From a virus (lineage: Duplodnaviria > Caudoviricetes): a stretch of 64,000 nt of DNA. Made by a program: the position numbers and the translations under genes. This document shows, piece after piece, positions 26,899-36,800 of the stretch. How positions within the stretch are numbered: the stretch's first letter is position 1; the number at the start of each line of letters is the position of its first letter. The notes under the pieces are model-generated. The model was not told the origin of the DNA, made no database searches, and saw only the letters and a program-made list of their open reading frames with translations. The stretch covers positions 32,001 through 96,000 of the IMG/VR virus record IMGVR_UViG_2509276065_000002; one strand, written 5' to 3'.

Positions 26899-26956
26899 GT
26901 GCTCTTCCGTGAAACGAGGGGCACGACAAAGCGTCGGTCCATGTTGCCTCCTGTGC

Positions 26957-28084
26957 TCAATACGAAATGACCCGCGCGTCGTACAGCTCGATCGTGCGGT
27001 TGTTGGTGCCCGCACTTTTGCGGATGGTAACGACGTAGCCTGTGGCCTGCGCCGCCCCCTTCGGGATGCGCGTGCCTCCGACAGAAGCGACTTGCACGCC
27101 GTTGACGAACAGCAGTCCCTGCGAGCCGTCGGCGTTCACCTCCACTTCCACCAACAGGTCGGTGCCGATGGCCACCGCCGTGGTGCTGGTGACCGTTTCG
27201 GTGACCCCGCCCGCGCTCGCCACGAGGCGCCAGTTGGCCGTGCCGTCGGCGGTGCTGTACTCGCCCCACAAGCCGTCGGTGACGCCGTCGGCGGTGTCCA
27301 TCCACCCGAAGCGTGCACGGAAAGTATCGGTGCCGTCCGAGGCCGTGGGGATGCGCGCCACCCAACCGACCCGCCGCCGGCGCGTGCCGAGGATGACGTT
27401 GGCGTGCGTGGACCCGCCAGGGCCCGCCGCGATGGAGCCGCGTCCGGTGGTGGTGGTGCCGGAATTGAGCACCACCCCGCCGTCGTAAGTGCCGTTGCGG
27501 GCGTCGATCGAGGCGACGCCCGCGCCCGTGGCGCCGTTGCTGCCGCCCTGGAAGATCGAACCGGACACAACGCTTGAGACGACCCCACCGCTGAAGTCGT
27601 AGTACTGGTACTTCGTGGGGTCGAAGGTGCTGCCACTTCCCACGACGTTCCCCGCCGCGTCCACCACCTGCCCGCTGCTGTTGAGACGCGCCAGGCCGCT
27701 GGTCGCACCGATCACGCTGTTGAGGGCGTTCACGTAACGGCCGACGTTGTCACTCGGGACAATCACGCGGTTCGTGAGGGCTCCTGTCGTATTCGCCGCG
27801 TCGTACCGGAAGAAGCCCACATGCGGCACGAAGTACAGCTTCTTGTCCACCCGGTCGGCGCCGGTCAGGGCCTGCAAGGCCGCGATGGACGCCACTTCGC
27901 TGTACATGCCGCTGAGTTGCGTGGCGATCAGCGCGATGTCTCCGAAGAGGTCTTCGAAGAGCTTCTGAAATTTGACCGGCCAGGTATCGGCGGGTGTCGG
28001 GCCGTCCGCTTCGAGGGGCGTGAGGGGGAATTCGCCGCTGGTGACAAGTTGCGCCAGGGCGGTCGCGTTGATGATTTTTGTCAT
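26957..28084 (-). CDS. Tail fibre / receptor-binding protein
   Basis: Position after the baseplate genes; GLARLNSSGQV fibre motif; beta-rich lectin-like C-terminus. Confidence 0.6.
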   Translation of the reverse strand: MTKIINATALAQLVTSGEFPLTPLEADGPTPADTWPVKFQKLFEDLFGDIALIATQLSGMYSEVASIAALQALTGADRVDKKLYFVPHVGFFRYDAANTTGALTNRVIVPSDNVGRYVNALNSVIGATSGLARLNSSGQVVDAAGNVVGSGSTFDPTKYQYYDFSGGVVSSVVSGSIFQGGSNGATGAGVASIDARNGTYDGGVVLNSGTTTTGRGSIAAGPGGSTHANVILGTRRRRVGWVARIPTASDGTDTFRARFGWMDTADGVTDGLWGEYSTADGTANWRLVASAGGVTETVTSTTAVAIGTDLLVEVEVNADGSQGLLFVNGVQVASVGGTRIPKGAAQATGYVVTIRKSAGTNNRTIELYDARVISY

Positions 28085-28099
28085 GATCCTCCTGGGTGC

Positions 28100-28648
28100 T
28101 CAGGCACCGAAGTCACGCGTTCCGAAGTCGAAGGTGCCGAAATCACCCGTGCCCGTCTCCGGCGTCACGCTGCCGTCGGGTGGTGGGGTGTACACGAACG
28201 ACCACTCCGCGCCGCGTGGCAGCAGCGTCAAGGTGACGTACCAGTAATTCGGGTTGTTGAAGGCTTTCGTGACCGGTGTTTTCGGGAAGGGTCGCGGGTG
28301 CACCAGGATGGACCGCCAGGTGCCTTCCCGGAGTCGCACGGTGGTCTTGAGGTGTGAAATCAACGTTCGTGCGGCGATGAGTGCCGCCTGTTTGCTTTCG
28401 GCGTACACCAACCCCCGCAGCACCAGTGGCCGCACGACGGGCGCTTCGTCGCTTTCCACGAACGTCACGTCGCTGTAAGGTGCTTGCTCCAGCTCGTCGT
28501 TGCTGTCGTAGCCGAGCTCGTCACCTTGCAGTTCGAAGGTGTCGTTCAGCGCGACGGTGGTGCCGTCCTGCTTGTCGAGATTCCACCCTTCCCCTGTCGC
28601 GGTGTCCGGAGCGTCGGGAGGGAACGGCGGGATGTTCAGCGCGTACAT
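28100..28648 (-). CDS. Distal tail-like / minor tail protein
   Basis: Synteny and beta-rich composition. Confidence 0.5.
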   Translation of the reverse strand: MYALNIPPFPPDAPDTATGEGWNLDKQDGTTVALNDTFELQGDELGYDSNDELEQAPYSDVTFVESDEAPVVRPLVLRGLVYAESKQAALIAARTLISHLKTTVRLREGTWRSILVHPRPFPKTPVTKAFNNPNYWYVTLTLLPRGAEWSFVYTPPPDGSVTPETGTGDFGTFDFGTRDFGA

Positions 28649-30274
28649 TCACCCTCCCACGCGCATGCTGTCGAGCAGCGTGCTGGTGTTGCGCTGCTCG
28701 ATGAAGGTCTTGGTGGCGATGTCCTTGGGGTCGTCACGCTGCCCGGTGCTGATGATCGTCGTGCGGCCCTTCTCGTCCAGCACGTACTCGACGCGCGCCG
28801 TCGGGTGTGTTTCGCGTACGGCGCCTCTGGGGATCAGGTGGGTGATGCCACCAGGCTCCAGGAACGCCCCGCGCACCGTGGCTCGCGATGGGTCCTGTGC
28901 GGGATCCCGGAAGTACGCACTCTGCGCGATCCGGAGGAGCTTCTCGCGGTTCACGAACAGCGGCCGGGCGGTGGCGACGTATCCCTGCACGTCCGTGTCG
29001 TCCGTCCTGAAGGAAAAAAGGATGTTGAGACGGTCGTACGGTGCGTTCTGACCGGGATGCTGGTGGGTGAACGCCTGAAACAAATCACCCATCACGAAAT
29101 TGACGCCTTCGCGCAAGGGAAGGTCGATGGTAGTCTCGTAGACCACCCCGCTGGTCGGGGAGTTCTGGTAACCGTACTGCAGGCTGCAACTCAGCAGGCG
29201 CGCGCCTTCCACGCCGGACACTTCGAGCGCCGCGAGATCGCGCACCAGCGCCGCGTCCTGCACGAGGTACGACACGTCGAAGGTCGTGGTCGTGAGCGTG
29301 GTGTTGCTGGCCCGCGAGGTACGATCGTCATCCGCGGCGTTGCCGGGCGCCGTGACGTTGTTCCCGCCCGGCACGATATTGGACGCGTACAGCAGGTCAC
29401 GCGAGTTTTCCTCTTTAATCGGCACCCACGCGGTCGCTTCACCGAGCGTGCTGTTCGACACCGCGCGGAAACCCACCATGGTCTTCGCCGGGGCGGTCAC
29501 GCGTTTCGTGGCGATCAGGTCACCGCTGATCAGGTGGCGGCTGTAGTACGTCAAGTCCACTGCGCTGCTCATCTGCCCCAGCAAGAAACGCGCGGACGTC
29601 ACCAGGTTGGCACTGCCGACATCCTGCCGCTCGATGCTCGCGGTGGGTGATGCACCGTTCTCGTCGGCGGTCATGACGCCCACGTCCGTGCGTTTCAGGA
29701 ACGCGCGCCGTTCGGCGTCCACGCCCCACGACCAGGGTTTCCCGAGGCGCTGCACGACTTCATCGAGCATCACCGCGACGCTCTGGAAGTTCCCGAACAC
29801 CGCCCCGACGGTCACGCCGGTATTCACTGGAATGAGGCTGAGGTCGGGATTCAGGAACGGCACGCGACCCTGGTTGATGAGGTCCGTCAGGATCGCGCGC
29901 ACCGTCACGCCCGCGTCCGCTTGCGGGTAGGACAGCACCCAGCAGTCGAGTTTCTTGAAGCGCTCCTTGTAGCCGACGAGGGTGAAGCCGCTCGAACGCG
30001 TCTTTCTGGGAGCGCCGCTGATTTCGGCGTACCCGCTGAAGAGCGAACGGGGCGGCGTCGTGAAGTCATCTAGGGATTCCTGGATGGTCACGCCGTCGTG
30101 CGGTTCGATGCCGAGTTTCGCCCAGATGCCGCTGAAGGTGGCTTCCAGGCAATTCGCGTTGCCTTCCAGAGCCATCCGCAGTCCACTGCGCGGAATGGGT
30201 ACTTCACGCATGGTGCGGGTGGCTTTGGGTTGACCATTCGGACTGAACACCTGTAAACGCCAGGAAAAAGTCAT
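28649..30274 (-). CDS. Minor tail / baseplate hub protein
   Basis: Follows the tape measure gene; WSWGVDAERRAFLKR hub-like segment. Confidence 0.6.
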   Translation of the reverse strand: MTFSWRLQVFSPNGQPKATRTMREVPIPRSGLRMALEGNANCLEATFSGIWAKLGIEPHDGVTIQESLDDFTTPPRSLFSGYAEISGAPRKTRSSGFTLVGYKERFKKLDCWVLSYPQADAGVTVRAILTDLINQGRVPFLNPDLSLIPVNTGVTVGAVFGNFQSVAVMLDEVVQRLGKPWSWGVDAERRAFLKRTDVGVMTADENGASPTASIERQDVGSANLVTSARFLLGQMSSAVDLTYYSRHLISGDLIATKRVTAPAKTMVGFRAVSNSTLGEATAWVPIKEENSRDLLYASNIVPGGNNVTAPGNAADDDRTSRASNTTLTTTTFDVSYLVQDAALVRDLAALEVSGVEGARLLSCSLQYGYQNSPTSGVVYETTIDLPLREGVNFVMGDLFQAFTHQHPGQNAPYDRLNILFSFRTDDTDVQGYVATARPLFVNREKLLRIAQSAYFRDPAQDPSRATVRGAFLEPGGITHLIPRGAVRETHPTARVEYVLDEKGRTTIISTGQRDDPKDIATKTFIEQRNTSTLLDSMRVGG

Positions 30275-30342
30275 AAACCTCCACTGGAACAGCAAGGCAC
30301 GTCAAGGCCGCCCGCCGGTCACCCGAGGGTGAAGCTGAGGCC

Positions 30343-30837
30343 ATGCGCCAGATCCTGCTGCTCGCCTTCACGATGTGCGTCAGTCAAGCAGGAGCGGCCA
30401 CGTATGCCGACGCTCCGTTCCTCGGTTCCACGTTGAACCTGCCGAGAATCAGCTTCTGCAAGGTGAACAAGTGCGTGCTGCTCTCCACCACCCCACTGCC
30501 CGGGCACGTCGAGGAGATGTACCGCGTCAACGTGCCCGGTGATTCCGGGACGTATTACCTCAACGTGCTCCGGCGAGGCGGGAAAGCCATCCGGGTGGGG
30601 GACCGGGCGTTCGGTCAGGATTACTTCGCCAGCAAAGCGCACGTGGAGTTGCTGTTGTTCGCCACCGGAACGCAGCAGAAGCTGAACGCCGATGGTGTAC
30701 AGACGATGCTCGACTCCAACACACTGACGGTCCTGCGGGGGTACGCGGGACGCAAGTACTGGGTGCAGCTCGCCAACTGGCCGGGGTTTGGGCTGTCGGA
30801 CATCCTGTTCGCCATCACCGAAGAACTGCAGTACTGA
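30343..30837 (+). CDS. Secreted hypothetical protein (antisense moron in the tail operon)
   Basis: Signal peptide MRQILLLAFTMCVSQAGA; fills the gap between the TMP and hub genes. Confidence 0.65.
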   Translation: MRQILLLAFTMCVSQAGAATYADAPFLGSTLNLPRISFCKVNKCVLLSTTPLPGHVEEMYRVNVPGDSGTYYLNVLRRGGKAIRVGDRAFGQDYFASKAHVELLLFATGTQQKLNADGVQTMLDSNTLTVLRGYAGRKYWVQLANWPGFGLSDILFAITEELQY

Positions 30838-30871
30838 ACGGTCGATGTCCCCCGGCTGTTCATCTTGGGCG

Positions 30872-33800
30872 TCACCCACGGTAGACATCCGACAGCGCCG
30901 GACGGGCGTCGTAACGCCGTTCGCCTTCACCGTCGGACAGGATGACATGCAACCCACCTCGCAAGCTGTCCGCGAGGTACCGCGCAGCCTGCTCGATGAG
31001 TTCGGAGCCGCGTTCGAAACGCATCCCGCTCGCGTCGATGCTGGTCATCATCGACACCCCCCGACCGGGAGCGTCCGGAACGGCCACGCGGATTCCTCCG
31101 CTGAGGTACTCCGCGGCGCGTTCCATCAGTTCCGCGCTGCGGATGACTTTCGGAACGTACTCGGAGCCGAAGGCATCGAAGCCTCGCAGCAGTGAAGAGT
31201 CGATGGCGGAAATGCCGAGGTCCGGCATGGCCCCGAACAGGTCGGTGGGTGTGGGGCTGTCACGCTCCTCCCCTTCCAGGCGTTTGATGCGGTCCTGCGC
31301 GTCCTGCAGGTCACGCCGGGCCCGGTCACGCTCCGCGTCCGAGGTGGCTTTCTCGAACCGACCTTGCGCCTGGCTGGCCTGTTCACGCCAGTAGGCGATG
31401 CTGTCCGCGCCTGCCGTTTCCTGTTTCTCGCTGCCGTACCCGGGCAGGCCGCTCAGCAGGCCCCCACCGAGGTTCAGCACCCGCTTGCCTTCACTGCGAA
31501 TGGCGTCCACCCAGGCGTCCAGGTTGGTTTGTTCCTGCGCGTCGATCAAGCCGTCGCGCATGGCGTACGCGTAATTCTGCGCGTACCCGTCCATCAGTTC
31601 CTGAATCTGACTTTGCGCCAAGAGCGCCTGAATGGCCATCTTCGCCAGGAAGGAGTTGAGGGTCTTCTCGAACGCCACACCCACCTCGCTGAAGTCCGCT
31701 TTGAAGAACCCGTCGACGAGGGCGGACTCGAGTGAATTCTTGATGCTGCCGCTCAGGTCATTGAAGATCTCCCCTGCTTTCGTCTGCCAGGTGCGTTTGG
31801 CACCTTCGAGTTGCCCGACCGCGAGGCGGGCGTCCTTCAGCGCTTGCTCACCGAGGTCCTGGAAGTGGTCCCCCCAGCCTTCCATCTGGCGTTGCTCGGC
31901 TTCGTCGAGCACACCGTCACGCATCGCGCTGGCGTACCAGTGTTTGAAGTCCTCCAGGCGCGCGGCGAGTTTGCTTTGCGCGACGACGGTTTCGGTGATG
32001 ACCTTGGCGACCAAGGTGTTGATGGATTTCTTGAAGGTGTCCGTCGCAGCGGACCAGTCTCCCGTCTCGAAGGCGTTGGTGATGCTGCTTTGCAGCGCTC
32101 CGCTGACTTCGCCTTGCACGTCGTACAGTTGCTGCTGGACTTCTGATCCGAAGCCGTCCAGCTCGCTCAGCACCTCCTTGGAAGCGTCACTGATGACACG
32201 ACCCTGCGACTTGAAGTAGCGACCCCATGCTTTGACGTTGGCACGCTCCGAAGCGTCCAGCACACCGTCCTGCATGGCGTGAGCAAGCCATTCGCTGAAG
32301 CGTTTCATCTCAGCGGCCAGCTTCGATTGGGTAATCATCGTCTGGATCAGCAATTTGGCAATGAAGGTATTGATGGACTTGTCAAACGCCGCTTCGGCCT
32401 TGGAGAAGTCTCCCGTCAGAAAGCCGTCCATCAAAGCACTGTCGAGGGTATTGCTGATGGTCGTGCCCAAGTTGGCGAAAATCTCGGCGGCTTTGATCTG
32501 CAGTTTGGCCGCCTCTTCGCTGAGCACCTGGGGTGCTCCACCGAACGCCTGCCAGCCGAGACGCTGCCAGAACCCGGCGTTGGCAAGGGTATCGCGTTTC
32601 GCGGCTTCGGCCTCCAAGGCTTTCTTGAAGGGATTCTCGAATGCCCCGCCGGACAGACCAGCGGCTGACCGCTGGTCACTGGCGATGGACCGCATGCGCT
32701 CCTGGTACTCACGCAACCCGGGGTTGAGCGAGTCGGTGATGAAATCCCCAAGTTGTTCGACGGCATTCAGGGTGCTGGTGATGCCGCCGACGATGTCACC
32801 GGACGCGAAGGACTTGAAGGCGTCGAAGCTGCTGCTGGCCGCTCCGGCCAGTTTGGACAGGGAACCGCCGGTGATTTTGTCGAGGACGTTCGCGACGGCC
32901 GTGAAGCCCTGGATGATCCTGTCGAATTCATTGAGGTACAGCGCCTGCCGGGCTTCGATGCCTTCCTGGGTGATCCGCAGGCGTTCATTCTCGAATTTCT
33001 CGCGCGCTTCGAGTTCATCGGTGCCTCCTTGCACCGCGGCTTCGTATTCCGCCCTCGCGCTCTCCAGGGCGAGGGCTTCGCGTTGCGCCTGGTAGTCACG
33101 CTCGGAGATCAGGTGCTGACGAAAGCGGGCTTCGAGGGCGTCACTGCGCCGCTCACGGTTGAGTGACGCCAGGGTCTGCTGGTGCTTGCGTTCCAGTTCC
33201 GTCCGGGCCGTGAGGCCTTGCGAGGTGATGCGTTTCACTTCGTTCTGGTAGCGCTGCTCGGCTTCGACGCGCAGTTGCGTGTTGCTCTGGGCGGCTTGCA
33301 ACTCCCGGTCCCGGGTGGCCGCGGCGGCCTGCAGTTGCAGGCGTTCACGTTCGACGAGGTACTGACGTTCGGAGAGCTGACCGGCACTGCGGCGGCTTTC
33401 CAGGTCTTGCTCTTCGGCAGCGCGCAGCAGGTCCTGCATGGTCGCCGCGTGCTGCTGGGCGAGGCGTTCGCGGTCGGTGTTGCCGCTGCGGGTGATGCCG
33501 CTCAGGTTCGCTTGATGCTGACTGAGGGCGAGCTCCCGGCGAGCCTGGGAGGCATGGTCCCGCTCGAGTTGCTGCTCTTCTCCCTGGAAGCGCAGGCGTT
33601 CCGCTTCCAGCGCGAGGGTTTCCCGTTGATCGAGGTACGCGCGTTCACTCAGCAGACCCGCCGAGTGCTGTTGTTCGAGGGTCTGCTGTTGCAGGTTCAC
33701 CAGACCCAAACGAACGGCGAGGCGCTCGTCGAGTTGACGTTGCGCTTCTGCCAGCCGCTCGGTGGCCTTCTGGGCGATCTGCTCGGCACCGGCGAGGTTG

Positions 33801-36800
33801 CGGGTGCGGTCAGCGAGGTCCTGCATGCGTTCGGAGTAGGCGCGCAGTTCCTCTTCGGTCATGCCACCGAGGTCGACCCGCAGGCCCGCCTCGAAAGCGC
33901 CAGCGATTCCCGCTCCAGGTTCAGGTTTGCGCTGAGAGTCCTGACCGGGGACGAACCCGGCCGCGCGGGCATCCAGGGAGGTGTTCTTGAGTCGCTCCGC
34001 GAACTGCCCGTAACGCTCCTCAGCGTCCGCGAGGCCGTCCGTGAGGGCTTTCTTCAGCCGGTCACTCAGGCCAGCCCAGGTGTTCTCGTCCGCCATCAGA
34101 TTCGTGACGGTGGCGATGATGCCACCAATCTCGTCTTCAGAGGCGGTGCCGAGCCGAGCGAGGGCTTCTTGTGCGGCCTGCACTTTTACGAGCGCGTCGA
34201 CGCTCGCTCGACCCGCGTCGCGCTCACCCGGGCGGGTGATGGCGAGCGGACCGCCATCCGCGTAGGGGTTGGGGAGGTTCGCGTACGCCTGCTGCAGTTG
34301 CGTGCGCAGGTCATCCAGGTACGCGCGGAGTTTCGAGCGGCTCTGCACGCTGAGTTGCTGGAACGCCCCTGATTCGGTCAGGTCGGCCAGCTGCGCGACC
34401 TGATCGGTCAGGGTGCCTGCCAGACCACGAATGACGCTGTTCGCGCCCTCTTCGGCCATTCCGAGCGCTTCGGTTTTGAGGCGCGCGAGCTCATCGGCGG
34501 CGAGGCCACTTTTGCTGCCCAGCTCGTCGATGACGGCGCTGACCGCGTCGAAGTTCATCGCGGCGTCCGGCAGGAGGCGGTTGAGGTCGTCGAGGGTCAC
34601 CTTGACGCTGTCCATGATGGGTCGGCGGTTGAGGTGGTCGTCGGCTGCCCCGACGTTCTTGGCGAGGTACTCGAAGGCGTCCGCGACGCCTTTTTCCTGC
34701 GCGGCGAGTTCTGACGCGCGCTCCCCGTGATGAAAGAACGCCCCGGTGAGTTTGTCCACCGCTGCCACGGCAGGTGCGGTGTCCAGGCCCTTCCCGGACA
34801 ATTCACGCCGCAGTGACTGCAGCTGTTCGAGCAGCGCGGCTTTCTTGTCACCGCTGAACTCACCGGCCTGCGCGAGTTCGTCTATCGCGCGGCGTAACCT
34901 GGCGTATTTCTGAATGGCCTCCTCGATGCCGCGAGAGCGTTGGTCTGTCTCTTCCCGCGCGGCTTCTTTCGCGATGATGACGCGTTTGGTGGCTTCATCA
35001 CGTGCAATGCGGGTTTCGGTCGTGTACGTGGTCCGGGCGGTGGCCACGGCGGCATCCTCGACCTGCTGAATGCCTTTCAGGATGCTTTGAGGGGTTTTGC
35101 CGTCGTACAGCTTGTTTTGCTCGGTCCGTCGGGCGTTCGCTTCATCCCGTGCCGCTTTGATGGCCGCGTCGCGGGTGCGTGCGGCGATGCTCAGCCGGGC
35201 GTTCAGGATCGCCTGACTGCTTTCACGTTCGATGATCAGACGCTGAGCCGCGTTTTTCTTCTCCCCCGCCAGGCTCGCTTCCCGGGCGGCTTCCAGTTGC
35301 CGCAGGGTCGCTTGTGCGTCACTGAGCCGTCCCTGCGCCAGCTCACGGTTGAGTTGCTTTTGCAGGTTCGCGCGGTTCACGTCGCGCTGATCGGCTTGAT
35401 CCTGCAACTGCTCGGTTTTGCGGGCGAGGTCACGCGCGAAGTCGAACGCTGCCCGCTGCGCGTCATTCGTTTTGACGTACCGTTCGATCTCACCGCGCAA
35501 GGTGAGCTTCTGCGCTTCGGTACCTCGCTCTTCGATCTTGAGCGAGCGTTGCGCGAGGTCGGTGGCGCGCGCGCGTTGTTTGTTCCAGTCGGCGGTGGTG
35601 AGGACGTACTCCTTGTTTTCCTTGTTCAGGCTTTTCTGCGCGCCTTGCAGGTTGATGATGACGTCCAGCAGGTCTTTGGCGCTCTGGCTGCCCTTGTTGC
35701 CAGTCGCAGCGTACGCCGCTTGGGCTTCGGTGAGCAGTTTCGAGAGTCCTCCGGCGTACGCCTGCCGGCCTTGGCCGTCCACGTCACCGAGCCGTCCGGC
35801 GTTGAAGTTGCGCTGCAAATCCTTCAGGCGGTTCGATAACCCGTCCGCACCCGTGGGCAGCAGGCCTTGCTGCGCGTCTTTCACCTGGGTGTACACCCGG
35901 GTCAGGTCACGGGTGGCGTCGGCACTCAAAGCGGTTTTCTTGCGCGCGGCGTCCAACTCACGCTGGAGTTTCTGCAGACCGGTCAGGTACTGCCCTTGCG
36001 TGATGTCACCTGCCTTGGCGCTGAGGCTGAGATCCTCGAAGCGCGAGCGGAACACCTCCGCGGCCGTTCCCGCACTTTTCAGGCCTTTCTCGTAATCGCT
36101 GAGGTTCTCCCGGAGTCGTTTGACGTCCCCGCCTTGCTTCTCGAACTGGGTGATCAACGCGCGTTGCTGCCCGAGGTTTTTGGTGAGCGCCGCGCCGCTG
36201 AGGGTCTGCTCTGCTTTGATCAGGGCGCGCAGTTGCTGCTCCAGCTTGGCGAGCGCGGTTGTTCTGGCGTTCGCGTCGGCCGCGCTGGGCGCCCCCGTTT
36301 TGTCCGGAGTGTATTTCGAGGTGGGGGTGGCGGAGGGGAACTTGAGGTTCAGGTGCGCGGCGTAATCGCCCTGACGGACGTAAGAGGTGGGGTTGCCCAG
36401 CGCACCGATGGCGACATCACCACGCGCGTCTCGCCCTCCGGTTTTCGCGTTCGTGACCCGGTTGTTTCCGCGTACGTACCCGTTCCCGACGTAAATCCCG
36501 ACGTGGTTCTGCCCGTTCGAGGTGTAAAAGACCAGGTCGCCTTCTTTCAGTTCCTCCTTGCCTCGGTAGGGTTTCAGCAGTCCCGCTTCCTTGAAGTTGT
36601 CCGCGGCGCTCCGCGCGGTCGGCATGAGTTTGCCGTTCACCATGTCTGGCTTCTTGCGGAACATCTCGTCGATGGCTTTCTCGGAGCCTTTGTAGGCCAG
36701 CCCGAGGGTCTGACGGACCCACTTGGCGCATTCATCCACGATGGCCGTGGTGGCCTTGCTGGTGAGGGCTTTGAAGCTGGTGTCGAGCACCAGCTTCGAC

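Noticed and set aside
24358-26970. 870-aa plus-strand ORF and similar long antisense ORFs over the TMP, portal, terL and MTase
   Set aside because: Mirror frames of well-supported minus-strand genes, with no motifs.
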